From the NCBI GenBank assembly GCA_963733295.1, contig CAVTCS010000003.1, positions 2,496,001 to 2,560,000 on the forward strand: a DNA stretch of 64,000 bases, read 5' to 3'. The DNA comes from Vulcanimicrobiota bacterium (lineage in GTDB: Bacteria; Vulcanimicrobiota; Vulcanimicrobiia; Vulcanimicrobiales; Vulcanimicrobiaceae). Below are positions 45,537 to 55,045 of this stretch, one piece after another; within the stretch, counting starts at the first letter, position 1; the number at the start of each line of letters is the position of its first letter. Below the pieces are notes generated by a model. It had not been told where the DNA came from, searched no databases, and worked only from the letters and a program-made list of their open reading frames with translations. The translations under genes were made by a program, and so were the position numbers.

Positions 45537-45553
45537 CGTTTCAAAAGTACGGG

Positions 45554-45644
45554 CGGGAAAGTGTAGGAATCGAACCTACCAGCCCCCTTGCGGAGGCCTC
45601 AGCGGTTTTGAAGACCGAGCGAGACACCAGTCCCGTACTCTCCC
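45554..45644 (-). tRNA. selC: tRNA-Sec (anticodon UCA)
   Basis: 8-bp acceptor GGGAGAGT/ACTTTCCC, 6-bp D stem with TGGT loop, anticodon loop CTTCAAA, long variable arm with GCAA loop, GTAGG-TTCGATT-CCTAC, discriminator G. Confidence 0.93.
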
Positions 45645-45797
45645 ATAAGCGGACTAATGCCTTATGCGGTGAGGGATTCCGCTTCTTTTTCGAGATCGCG
45701 GTCGTCGTCGTTTTTCCCTTCCTGACGGCGACCCGGCAGAATCAGATTCCGAAGCACACCGTCGAGCCTCTGTGTGGCACATCGCCCAAAGCAGACG

Positions 45798-46280
45798 TTA
45801 CCACAGTGGAACGCGAGGCCATCGCGCGGCGAGCATGCGGTCGATGCCGGCAACGCGGCCCGCGGCTCCTAGACCTACAACCACGGCCAATATGAAGTAG
45901 GCCGCATCGTTACTCGACGGAGTCCAGAAGTTTGCGCCTTTGGCCAGCATGTAGTTGAGAACCAAGAACGCGGCAACCAACGCGCCAAGACGAGTCGTAA
46001 CACCAAAGAGCATCGCTACCGCAACGTAAAGCTCCCCTGCGACGATCAGGGACGCAAAAATCGCGGCGTTCGGTAGTACGACCGACTGCACAAAGGATTG
46101 ATACAACGGGAGCTCGTTCGGCTGCATGTGCGTTAAGAATCCGCCCATCCCGACCTGGAAGGGTGCCGGGCCATGAAGCTTCCCGGACACCGCCACGGAA
46201 AAGTTGACGCCGAGAAAGAGCCTGGGTAAGACGAGGATCGATCTCAGCATCGTCGACTCTGAGCTACTGGTAACTGCCAT
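45798..46280 (-). CDS. DoxX/DoxD-family membrane protein
   Basis: RLFLG, Y..FVQ.VVLPN, GEL.VA..ML.G..TR, AGRVAGID. Confidence 0.8.
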   Translation of the reverse strand: MAVTSSSESTMLRSILVLPRLFLGVNFSVAVSGKLHGPAPFQVGMGGFLTHMQPNELPLYQSFVQSVVLPNAAIFASLIVAGELYVAVAMLFGVTTRLGALVAAFLVLNYMLAKGANFWTPSSNDAAYFILAVVVGLGAAGRVAGIDRMLAARWPRVPLW

Positions 46281-46449
46281 AACGTCCTCAACTCGTGACC
46301 GGTACGTCCAGAACAAAATCGAGCGTACGACAGAGCGACGCGAAAAACCGCCGAGCAGCATCAATCCAGCCGAATCACCGCCTGCGCTCGCCGGCCCGCT
46401 CGGCCGCCGTCGACCCCAGTGGGTGATCGAGCGGCGGTGATCCGCCTCG

Positions 46450-48069
46450 TTAAACTCGAGCAGTCAAGGGTGCGATCGCGTCACGCACCGGATGCGTTGA
46501 ATTTTGGTGACCGGAGGCGGGTCGAGGGTGATGGTGCGAAGCTCGCCCGTCAAATCGCTCCGTACACCATTCAGCTAAGGCGGTAATTCTACTCGGGCCC
46601 GCTATCATGAGCACACCCTGTCGCGATCGTACGCGCTCGACGAACCCTCGCCCCGCCTGTTCTTCGTTATAGGCCACTGAGAACGGCGCGTAGGTAAGCG
46701 TGCCTAGTGCAAACAACCGCATTTCGCGCGTTCGCGGGTCGTTTGCGAGCGGTGCGAAGATGTGCTCGAGGGGAACGCCAACCCCCCAGTCGACGACCAC
46801 TTCACTCGGCCATCCGGCTACGTCGATTTGCGCGTCACGTATGCGCGTGCTCGAGTCGAGATATCCCAAACTCTCGCGACAGGTCAACAGGAGCGAGAGC
46901 ACGAGGATGCCCACAGCAGCGGCAGAGCGAGGCTTGTTGGACGTTTGTAAGGACACAAGACCGGTAAGACAGAGAACGTCGAGCGGGGGGATGTCCACGT
47001 GCACGATGGCACCGCGGCCCGAAAGGCCGATAAACGCCAACGCCGCGAGACAAACCAGCAACGCGGCCCCGAGCCGCAGAGTCGGGCGCAGTAAATACAG
47101 GCCAATCGCAGTTAGGGCGAGCGGTAACAAGGCCGGCGCGCGCAACGCCCATATCGAATCGATGGCTCCAGCGAGTCCTCCACCTACGAAGCGCAGCGGA
47201 CCCAAATCTCCGAGCATCGTTCGCAGGCTGCGCGGATCGGCAAGTTTCTGATCGGCGAAGAACCAAGATTCCATAAGATCAACGTCATTCGCTGAGTAAC
47301 CGTAACGGCGCAGAATCTCAGGATGCTTCCGCAGCTGTGCGCCGGCACCGAAATCAGTGAATGCTCGTCGCGGAAAATTCAGTTCCTCGTAGCGCTGCCA
47401 CTCGGGGCCGGCGTAATGGTGGTAATCAACAAATTCCGAGAGACCGACTGCTGCGACGAAAAGTATAGCCGCAAGTTGCAGCGTCTTGTCTGTGCGCAGC
47501 TGGCGGTAAGACAGCAGAGGCAAAGCAACCAAAGCCACGAGCAAGACCTCTTGACTTCGAATGATGTACCCGACGAACGCGCAGATCGTCGAGGCGATCA
47601 AGACAGCGTTGTTCTTCGAACGGGCGTAGACCCAAAGGCCAAGGATGGTCGCTATCGCCGCCAGGCCCGCATTTGTCGTGTATTGCGGAAGCATCGCGGC
47701 ATGCAGCGCGATCAGAATCGTCGCGAGGAGTGCGATATAGTGTCTGACCCCAAGCTGTTGAAGAAAGTACAGTATCAGCGCGCTCGAAAGGAGCAACACC
47801 AACAACGTGCCGATCGAGTACCCGAGCACTCCGTCGATGCTCGGCAAGGCGCGGACGACGTATCCCCACAGGACGCCCGAGAAGACAAGGTCGGGCGAAC
47901 CGAACGCGGCGAGGCCATAGCCGTGAGCGATCATCGACATCGCTGGATCGTCGTTGGTTGCCCAGCTTGGTTGGGCGAACGCGTAGAGCGCTGCGAGCAG
48001 CGCGGCGACGATACCGACGCAGACGAACAATGGCCACGGTTTCGGTGACCCAATGTTTTTCAGCGCCAA
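46450..48069 (-). CDS. polytopic membrane protein (possible GT-C-like surface-modification protein)
   Basis: TNDD motif after TM1, ~11 TMs, QYTTNAG, IRSQE; 3' end possibly frameshifted. Confidence 0.65.
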   Translation of the reverse strand: MALKNIGSPKPWPLFVCVGIVAALLAALYAFAQPSWATNDDPAMSMIAHGYGLAAFGSPDLVFSGVLWGYVVRALPSIDGVLGYSIGTLLVLLLSSALILYFLQQLGVRHYIALLATILIALHAAMLPQYTTNAGLAAIATILGLWVYARSKNNAVLIASTICAFVGYIIRSQEVLLVALVALPLLSYRQLRTDKTLQLAAILFVAAVGLSEFVDYHHYAGPEWQRYEELNFPRRAFTDFGAGAQLRKHPEILRRYGYSANDVDLMESWFFADQKLADPRSLRTMLGDLGPLRFVGGGLAGAIDSIWALRAPALLPLALTAIGLYLLRPTLRLGAALLVCLAALAFIGLSGRGAIVHVDIPPLDVLCLTGLVSLQTSNKPRSAAAVGILVLSLLLTCRESLGYLDSSTRIRDAQIDVAGWPSEVVVDWGVGVPLEHIFAPLANDPRTREMRLFALGTLTYAPFSVAYNEEQAGRGFVERVRSRQGVLMIAGPSRITALAEWCTERFDGRASHHHPRPASGHQNSTHPVRDAIAPLTARV

Positions 48070-48191
48070 GGAACTTAGCGTGCCGCGGATTTCACGTCAC
48101 CAAGCGTACGCGGCTCCCGGGGCTCGTCCTGCCGACGCGCCGCACCTGCGCTCGCCGAGGTTTGACTCCCTGGCACGCATAAGGTTTGCAA

Positions 48192-48659
48192 ATGCCATTG
48201 TATGTCGTCATCTGGATCGTGATGGCAGTCTTCCTGATCTGCGCAATCGTCTTGATCACGATCGCAAGGCGTCGCCCCCCGCCCCTTACGCCGATAGCGC
48301 TCGTCGATACGGAGCGGGTCGATCGTCAACTGCAGGTTCGGCCGCTGCCGGCCGGTGCGCGCGAGCCGTACCTGCAGGCCTGGCAGTCGCTACAAGGACG
48401 CTTCGCCGACGAGCCCGAGGCGACCATACGAGAATCGGATCGTCTCATTCAACGGGTCATGCGCGAGCGCGGATACCCGAGCGGCGACTTCGGGCCGGTA
48501 ACGGAAGAGCTTTCGCCCGAGGATGCGGCGATCATCGACAACTACCGCATCCTGCACCGCATCTCGGTAAAGAGCGAGACGGACTTCGTTCCCCCCGAAG
48601 ACGTGCAACGCGCGGTGGCCGCGCTTCGCGCCTTGTTCGACAGCCTGGTCGCAAGCTAG
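48192..48659 (+). CDS. membrane-anchored hypothetical protein
   Basis: N-terminal TM; WQSLQGRFADEP..., MRERGYP..DF, LRALFDSLV. Confidence 0.75.
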   Translation: MPLYVVIWIVMAVFLICAIVLITIARRRPPPLTPIALVDTERVDRQLQVRPLPAGAREPYLQAWQSLQGRFADEPEATIRESDRLIQRVMRERGYPSGDFGPVTEELSPEDAAIIDNYRILHRISVKSETDFVPPEDVQRAVAALRALFDSLVAS

Positions 48660-48689
48660 AGTCTTCGCATTCCCGCAGTCGAGCTCCGA

Positions 48690-48726
48690 GTACAAAGAGG
48701 ACCACCTCGCGGTAGTCCTCTCGTAC
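48690..48726. terminator. hairpin between convergent genes
   Basis: GTAC..AGAGGAC-cACC-TCGC-GGTa-GTCCTCT.GTAC. Confidence 0.5.
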
Positions 48727-48743
48727 GTTCGACGGTTTCGAAA

Positions 48744-49088
48744 CTAGGGCATGTGTGCCGGGGCGCCGGTCGGAGCCGGCGAGTGCACGGCGTTCATGCC
48801 GCCCATGTGGGCAGTCTTCGCCTGCACGCCGCCCATTTTCACCGCGGTCGAATGACACATCGGTTTCAGGTTTGGGTTGGCAGCCATCATCGACTTCGCC
48901 ATCGCCATGTTCTTCTGCGCCTGTTCCGTGGACGTCGATGCGGGGTAAATCGTGTACGTGTGCGTCTTCGTGTCGAACATTACCGGCTTATCGTTCGCCG
49001 AACACTTTGGCATGCTCTGTGCACCGGCGGTGCCTGCTTGCAACAAGACGACGGCCGCGAATGCAAATCCAGTCAGGAGCTTTTGCAT
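48744..49088 (-). CDS. small exported Met-rich protein
   Basis: GGAG RBS, signal peptide, two Cys, many Met/His. Confidence 0.7.
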   Translation of the reverse strand: MQKLLTGFAFAAVVLLQAGTAGAQSMPKCSANDKPVMFDTKTHTYTIYPASTSTEQAQKNMAMAKSMMAANPNLKPMCHSTAVKMGGVQAKTAHMGGMNAVHSPAPTGAPAHMP

Positions 49089-49200
49089 AGGTCTCTCCAC
49101 TCTTGAAAAATTGCGAAGCGGGTCGCCTCGCTAGAGGGCGCCCCAGATTGAGAGGTACCCTGTCCGGGAAGTTAATCCTACAGGATGCGAGCCCGGTTCA

Positions 49201-49698
49201 CTAGAGCATCTTCTCGAGGGCGATGACGTCCACGAATGCGCCGTCGAGCCGGCCGTGGTCGAGGAACGTGCCCACCAACCGGTATCCCATCTTGCTGTAG
49301 AGTGCGCGGCCGGCTTCGTTGGAGGCCAGCGCCGCGATGACGATCTTGTAGAACTCAGCGGCCTTGGCGACTCGCTCGATCCGTTCGAGCAGGATCGTGC
49401 CCACTCCCGAGCCGCGTGCGTCACGCGCGACGTAGACCGAAAGGTCGGCGACGCCGCGGTGGGCGGTGCGCTGCGTGTAACGATTGAGCGAAACCCAGCC
49501 CACGATCTTCTCGTCGCGCTCGGCTACGAGGACGGCGTACCGGCCGCCGTGATCGTTCCACCACTGCTCGAAGTCGGCGCCGCTTTTCAAATTCTCGTCG
49601 AGCGTCGCGACGCGGTCGGCGATGCCTTCGTTGTAGATCTGGCGGATCGTCTCCGCGTCTACGACCGTCGCTTCGCGAACCGAGGCAAGCGCAATCAT
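49201..49698 (-). CDS. GNAT N-acetyltransferase (phosphinothricin/ArsN1-like)
   Basis: IYNEGI.DR.AT, ADLSVYV...ARGSGVG, NEAGRALY.K.G, HG.LDG...DV. Confidence 0.85.
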   Translation of the reverse strand: MIALASVREATVVDAETIRQIYNEGIADRVATLDENLKSGADFEQWWNDHGGRYAVLVAERDEKIVGWVSLNRYTQRTAHRGVADLSVYVARDARGSGVGTILLERIERVAKAAEFYKIVIAALASNEAGRALYSKMGYRLVGTFLDHGRLDGAFVDVIALEKML

Positions 49699-49752
49699 GC
49701 GTTCAGAGAGACGAGAGCGGTTGCGCTTCCGCAACCGCTCTCACTCGGTTCC

Positions 49753-50154
49753 TTACTTACTTGGCGCGCTTCGGCAGTAGCCGGCGACCTTCGTGCCGTT
49801 GGCTTTGGTGTACCCGTTGACGTAGGTCTTGCCGGGTGGGCAACTCGTTGAAGCCGTTGCGCTCTTCGTCGTCGAGGTGGCTGCCTTGGCCGTGGCGGCA
49901 GCAGCCGGTGCAGCAGCCTTCGCGGTCGACTGCGCAGCCGGTGCCGCCTTCGACGCAGCGGTTGCCGCCGCAGCGGGAGCAGCTTTCGAACCATGGCTCG
50001 AGCAGTAGCCGGAGACTTTCGTGCCGTCGGCCTTAGTGTAACCCTTCGTATAGGTTTCGCCGGCCGGACACTTGGTGGACGCTGCGAGTGTGGCCGAAGC
50101 GCCGACCGACATCGCGAAGGCGACCGCCAAGAGAGATCCGAGAAAACGATTCAT
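49753..50154 (-). CDS. exported protein with two Cys-bounded repeats and an Ala-rich linker
   Basis: CPAGETYTKGYTKADGTKVSGYC and CPPGKTYVNGYTKANGTKVAGYC. Confidence 0.75.
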   Translation of the reverse strand: MNRFLGSLLAVAFAMSVGASATLAASTKCPAGETYTKGYTKADGTKVSGYCSSHGSKAAPAAAATAASKAAPAAQSTAKAAAPAAAATAKAATSTTKSATASTSCPPGKTYVNGYTKANGTKVAGYCRSAPSK

Positions 50155-50256
50155 GAAGACGTTTCCCTTTCGCGGTAATGACGCCGCGCCGCGCGGGGAA
50201 GCCCCGGCGTCACGGTCTAACTCACGAATGCGCCCAGGGCGGCCGAGTTTCCTAGC

Positions 50257-51846
50257 TTAGAGCACGGCCAGGCGCATATCGGCAAGCAAGCCCGCCACGT
50301 GCGCGTTGAAGCGGGCAGCGGCCGCGCCGTCGATCACGCGGTGATCGTACGACAGCGAGAGCGGCAGCATGAGCCTCGGCGCAAACTTGCGTCCGTTCCA
50401 AACCGGGCGCGTCGCCGCGCGGCTCGCACCCATGATCGCAACTTCGGGCGCGTTGACGATCGGTGAGAACGACGTCCCTCCGATGCCGCCGAGACTCGAG
50501 ATCGTAAACGAGCCACCGGCCATGTCGGAGGCGCTCAGCTTCCCGTCGCGCGCCTTGGCCGCGAGCGCGCGCGTCTCCGCGGCGATCGCGAGCACGCCCT
50601 TGAGATCCGCGCCCTTGATGACGGGAACGACGAGGCCGCCCGGCGTGTCGGCCGCAAATCCGATGTTGTAGTACTTCTTGAGAATGAGATGGTCGCCGTC
50701 GAGGGACGAATTGAAATCGGGGAACTTCACGAGCGCCGCGACGCAAGCTTTGATCAGGAAGGCTAAGATCGTTATCTTCGCGTCGGGGTTCTCGGCGTTG
50801 ACCTTTTGACGCAACGCTTCGAGGTCGGTAATGTCAGCTTCGTCATTGTTCGTGACGTGCGGGATCGTGATCCAATTGCGCTGCAGATTCGGCCCGGAAA
50901 GTTTTTGGATGCGCGTAAGCGGCTTGTTTTCGATCGCACCGTACTGCGCAAAATCAAGTTTCGGCCAGGGCGGCAGCGCGAACGGCATCGCGCCGCCCGC
51001 CGCCGGCGACGCGAGCGCCGCCTTCACGAAGCTTTGGACGTCTTCGCGCGTGATGCGGCCGCTCGGTCCCGAGCCGCGCACCGAACCGAGCGCGACGCCG
51101 AGTTCGCGCGCGAAGCGCCGGATCGATGGGCTCGCGTGCACGACGCTTCCAGCGCCTGCCGCCGGTTGAGGCGTGGAACTCGTGACGCTCGCGCTTGCCG
51201 CGGGTGGCGCAGCGCCGGCACTCGGCGCAGGTACGGGCGCGGCCGGCGCGACCTGCGCTGCCGCGGGAACCGGACCCGCCGCCGCGAGCGTGGCGATCAA
51301 GGCGCCCCGCGATACCCTATCGCCGGGCTTCAGCGCTACCGAGACGATGCGGCCGGCCTCGGTCGACGGGACTTCCATCGACGCTTTTTCCGATTCGAGA
51401 ACGACCAGCGGAGCCTCGCGCTCCACCACGTCGCCCGCTTTCACGACGACGTCGGTCACCGGAACGTCCTTGAAATCGCCGATGTCCGGAACGCGCAGCT
51501 CGATGACTCGCTCGCCCGGCGGCGCCGCATCCGAGGCGACCGCCGGTGGAGCTGGAGCTGCCGGCGCAGGCGCTGGCGCCCCCGGAGCTGCGCTCGGGGC
51601 TTGACCGTCGCCGCTCAACGTGAGCACCGCGCTGCCTTGCGAGACTTTGTCGCCGACCTTGATCGCGACGTCTTGCACGACACCGTTCGCGGGCGACGGA
51701 ACGTCCATCGCCGCTTTCTCCGACTCGAGCGTCACGAGCGGGTCGTCGATCTTGACCGTATCGCCCGGCTTGACAAGAACGTCGATGACCGCGATGTCCT
51801 TGAAATCACCGATGTTCGGGATGCGGACTTCGATCGCGGCGCTCAC
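50257..51846 (-). CDS. aceF: pyruvate dehydrogenase E2, dihydrolipoamide acetyltransferase (2 lipoyl domains)
   Basis: ESEKA x2, HASPSIRRFARELG, GSGPSGRI, DHRVIDG. Confidence 0.95.
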   Translation of the reverse strand: MSAAIEVRIPNIGDFKDIAVIDVLVKPGDTVKIDDPLVTLESEKAAMDVPSPANGVVQDVAIKVGDKVSQGSAVLTLSGDGQAPSAAPGAPAPAPAAPAPPAVASDAAPPGERVIELRVPDIGDFKDVPVTDVVVKAGDVVEREAPLVVLESEKASMEVPSTEAGRIVSVALKPGDRVSRGALIATLAAAGPVPAAAQVAPAAPVPAPSAGAAPPAASASVTSSTPQPAAGAGSVVHASPSIRRFARELGVALGSVRGSGPSGRITREDVQSFVKAALASPAAGGAMPFALPPWPKLDFAQYGAIENKPLTRIQKLSGPNLQRNWITIPHVTNNDEADITDLEALRQKVNAENPDAKITILAFLIKACVAALVKFPDFNSSLDGDHLILKKYYNIGFAADTPGGLVVPVIKGADLKGVLAIAAETRALAAKARDGKLSASDMAGGSFTISSLGGIGGTSFSPIVNAPEVAIMGASRAATRPVWNGRKFAPRLMLPLSLSYDHRVIDGAAAARFNAHVAGLLADMRLAVL

Positions 51847-51852
51847 GCTCTT

Positions 51853-54522
51853 CTAGACCGTCACCGGATTGGGTTTGTTCGGATCGATATGGTACTTCGC
51901 GAGCGCCTCGGACACGCGCGAGGCGGGGACGATCCCGTCGTCGGCCAGCGCTTTGAGCGCCGCGAGCGCAACGTAGTGGCGATCGACCTCGAAGAACTCG
52001 CGCAGTCTTCGCCGGAAGTCGCTGCGCCCGTAGCCGTCGGTACCCAGCACGCGATAGCGCCGGTCGACGAAAGGCCGGATCTGATCGGCGTAAGCCTTCA
52101 TATAGTCGGTCGAAGCGACGACGGGTCCCGCGGGGCGTTCCGCCAAACGCAGCTCGACGAACGAGCGCCGCGGCGGTTCTTCGGGGTGAAGCATGTTGGA
52201 GCGCGTGGCATCCAAGCCGTCGCGGCGCAACTCATTGAAGCTCGTGACGCTCCAGACGTCGGACTGCACGTCGAAATCGACGGCCAGCAGGTCGGCGCCG
52301 GCGATCACCTCGCGCAGGATCGCCCCCGAGCCGAGCAACTGCACGCGCGGTTTGTTCGTGGGGGCACCTGCATCGCGCAGCAAGTACATCCCCTTGAGGA
52401 TACCTTCACGCGCGCCCTCGGGCATTGCGGGATGCTCGTAGTTCTCGTTCAGTACGGTGATGTAGTAGTAGACGTCCTCTTGCTCCGCGAGCATGCGGCG
52501 CAAACCGTCCTGCACGATCACGGCGACTTCGTAAGCGTACGTCGGATCGTACGAGACGCAGTTCGGCACGAAGGAAGCGTAGAGCTGGCTCTGACCGTCT
52601 TCGTGCTGAAGTCCTTCACCGTTGAGCGTCGTGCGGCCCGAGGTCCCGCCGATCAGAAAACCGCGGCTGCGCATGTCGCCTGCGGCCCAGGCGAGATCCC
52701 CGACGCGCTGGAAGCCGAACATCGAGTAGAAGATGTAGAACGGAATCATCTGCTCGTTGCTGGTCGAATACGCCGTGGCCGCCGCGATCCACGAGCACAT
52801 CGCGCCGGCTTCGTTGATGCCCTCTTGCAACAGCTGCCCGTTCTTCGACTCGCGATAGTACATCAGCTGGGCCGCATCTTGCGGCTTGTACAACTGTCCG
52901 AGAGGCGAGTAGATCGCGACCTGCCGGAAGAGACCTTCCATGCCGAACGTGCGCGTCTCGTCGGCCACGATCGGCACGACGCGCGCGCCGAGGTTCTTGT
53001 CGCGCAGCAGCGTGCCGAGCACGCGCACGAAGGCCATCGTCGTCGAAATCTCGCGTCCGCTGCCGGTCGCCTTGAGCTGCGCCTCGAACGCTTCGAGCGC
53101 CGGCACGGTCACGGAGACCGACGAACGCCGCCTGCGCTGCGGCACGACCCCTAGCACCCGCTGCCGTTCGCGGAGATATGCGAGCTCCGGGCTGTCCTCC
53201 GAAGGACGGTAGAACGGCACCTTGCCGATGTCGGCGTCCGAGACCGGAATCGAGAAGCGATCGCGGAACTGGCGCATCGCGGCTAGATCGAGGTGCTTCT
53301 GCTGGTGGGCGATATTTTGCGCCTCGCCGGACGAACCCATCCCATAGCCCTTGATCGTTTTCGCGAGGACGACCGTCGGTTCGCCGACGTGGTCGACCGC
53401 TGCCTTGAAAGCCGCGTAAACCTTGCGGGGGTCGTGACCGCCGCGTTGCAACGCCCAAATTTGAGCGTCGGTCCAATTCGCGACGAGCGCCGCCGTCTCG
53501 GGATAGCGTCCGAAGAAGTGCTCGCGCACGTAGGCACCGTCGTTGGCCTTGAACGTTTGATAGTCGCCGTCGACGCATTCGTTCATGAGTTGGACGAGTC
53601 GTCCGGACTGATCGGCGGCGAGCAGTGGATCCCAATTGCTGCCCCAGATCACTTTGAGAACGTTCCAGCCCGAACCGCGGAACTCTCGCTCAAGCTCCTG
53701 AATGATTTTCCCGTTCCCACGCACCGGTCCGTCGAGCCGCTGCAGGTTGGCGTTCACGACGAAAATCAGATTGTCGAGACCTTCGCGGGCCGCAACGGAG
53801 ATCGCACCGAGGGATTCGGGTTCGTCGACTTCACCGTCGCCGATGAAGGCCCAAACCTTGCGACCGGTCGTGTCGACGATGCCGCGATCGTGTAAGTACT
53901 TAAGGAAGCGCGCCTGATAGATCGCCTGGATCGGGCCGAGGCCCATCGAGACCGTCGCGAATTGCCAGAAGTCCGGCATCAACCAAGGGTGGGGATACGA
54001 CGACAAACCCTTGCCGCCGACTTCTTGACGGAAGTGCGCCAGTTGCTCCTCGCTGAGGCGACCCTCGAGGAAGGCGCGTGAGTACACGCCGGGCGCCGAA
54101 TGGCCTTGGAAGAAGACGAGGTCGCCGCCGAACGTGTCGCTCGGCCCGCGGAAAAAATGGTTGAAGCCGACGTCGTACAGGGTGGCCGACGAGCCGAAGC
54201 TCGCAACGTGACCGCCGAGCTCCGACGAGGTCTCGTTGGCGCGAACCACCATCGCCATCGCGTTCCAGCGAATGTAATGACGAATGCGCGTTTCCAGCTC
54301 TTCGTTACCGGGCATTTGCGCTTGCTGCGAGGGCGGAATCGTATTGACGTACGGCGTCTGCACGCCCAACTCGACGTGCGCGCCGCCGGTTTGCGCGCGC
54401 TCGACGATGCGTTCGACGAGCTCCTGAGCGCGGCGTGGCCCTTCGTGTACGAGCACGCCGTCGAGCGCCTCTAGCCAGTCTTGCGTTTCTTGCGGGTCGG
54501 GATCGAGCGTGCGCGTCGTCAT
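51853..54522 (-). CDS. aceE: pyruvate dehydrogenase E1, homodimeric type
   Basis: DPDPQETQDW, QGHSAPG, SSYPHP, GDGEVDEPES, RTTLNGEGLQHED. Confidence 0.96.
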   Translation of the reverse strand: MTTRTLDPDPQETQDWLEALDGVLVHEGPRRAQELVERIVERAQTGGAHVELGVQTPYVNTIPPSQQAQMPGNEELETRIRHYIRWNAMAMVVRANETSSELGGHVASFGSSATLYDVGFNHFFRGPSDTFGGDLVFFQGHSAPGVYSRAFLEGRLSEEQLAHFRQEVGGKGLSSYPHPWLMPDFWQFATVSMGLGPIQAIYQARFLKYLHDRGIVDTTGRKVWAFIGDGEVDEPESLGAISVAAREGLDNLIFVVNANLQRLDGPVRGNGKIIQELEREFRGSGWNVLKVIWGSNWDPLLAADQSGRLVQLMNECVDGDYQTFKANDGAYVREHFFGRYPETAALVANWTDAQIWALQRGGHDPRKVYAAFKAAVDHVGEPTVVLAKTIKGYGMGSSGEAQNIAHQQKHLDLAAMRQFRDRFSIPVSDADIGKVPFYRPSEDSPELAYLRERQRVLGVVPQRRRRSSVSVTVPALEAFEAQLKATGSGREISTTMAFVRVLGTLLRDKNLGARVVPIVADETRTFGMEGLFRQVAIYSPLGQLYKPQDAAQLMYYRESKNGQLLQEGINEAGAMCSWIAAATAYSTSNEQMIPFYIFYSMFGFQRVGDLAWAAGDMRSRGFLIGGTSGRTTLNGEGLQHEDGQSQLYASFVPNCVSYDPTYAYEVAVIVQDGLRRMLAEQEDVYYYITVLNENYEHPAMPEGAREGILKGMYLLRDAGAPTNKPRVQLLGSGAILREVIAGADLLAVDFDVQSDVWSVTSFNELRRDGLDATRSNMLHPEEPPRRSFVELRLAERPAGPVVASTDYMKAYADQIRPFVDRRYRVLGTDGYGRSDFRRRLREFFEVDRHYVALAALKALADDGIVPASRVSEALAKYHIDPNKPNPVTV

Positions 54523-54626
54523 GCCGTTTGCTTCAGCCGGCGCCGGCGGCTTCCCCATGCGCGGATGGGTCCACTCCGTTCGTTGGAGCGGTCCAAATCG
54601 AAAGCGCGTGGAACAGTTCGACTGTT

Positions 54627-55010
54627 ATGAGTGGTAACTTCGCTCGGCTGATAGCCGTCGCCGTCGTGCTGTGCTCCGCGAGCCCGGCCGCGGCCGACAA
54701 GAATCTGACGTGGGTTGGAACCGTGACCGCTGCCAATTCGAAGCAAGTCAACGTGCATGCGAACCAGCAGAACCAGATCTTCATCATTGGGGGCGGTTTC
54801 CAAGGCGTCTACGCCGGCGGCCATCACCATACGACGCAATACCTCAAGAAGGGCATGTACGTGCGCGTCGCCTACCGCCAGGCGAGCCTCTTCGGCGCGA
54901 ACTACGCGACCCAGATCGACGTCCTCCAGTCGCACATCAGCATTCCGATCGCGACCCCAGGGGGCTCGATCACACTTCCCTCGTCCAAGCCGGGACCGTC
55001 CCACACGTAG
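54627..55010 (+). CDS. hypothetical exported beta-rich protein (DUF5666/OB-fold-like)
   Basis: Signal peptide; WVGTVTAAN...LKKGMYVRVAY...YATQIDVL. Confidence 0.65.
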   Translation: MSGNFARLIAVAVVLCSASPAAADKNLTWVGTVTAANSKQVNVHANQQNQIFIIGGGFQGVYAGGHHHTTQYLKKGMYVRVAYRQASLFGANYATQIDVLQSHISIPIATPGGSITLPSSKPGPSHT

Positions 55011-55020
55011 CAGGACCTTT

Positions 55021-55037
55021 ACTTTGCCTCACAAAGT
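55021..55037. promoter_or_regulatory. palindromic operator ACTTTG-N5-CAAAGT
   Basis: Perfect 6-bp arms directly before the GAGGTG RBS of the membrane protein-regulator-uppS operon. Confidence 0.7.
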
Positions 55038-55045
55038 GAGGTGAA

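Noticed and set aside
50806..53154. Long antisense or alternate-frame ORFs (e.g. 782 aa here, 1252-3579, 13495-15264, 17855-19393)
   Set aside because: Arg/Ala-rich shadow ORFs typical of high-GC DNA, overlapping well-supported genes
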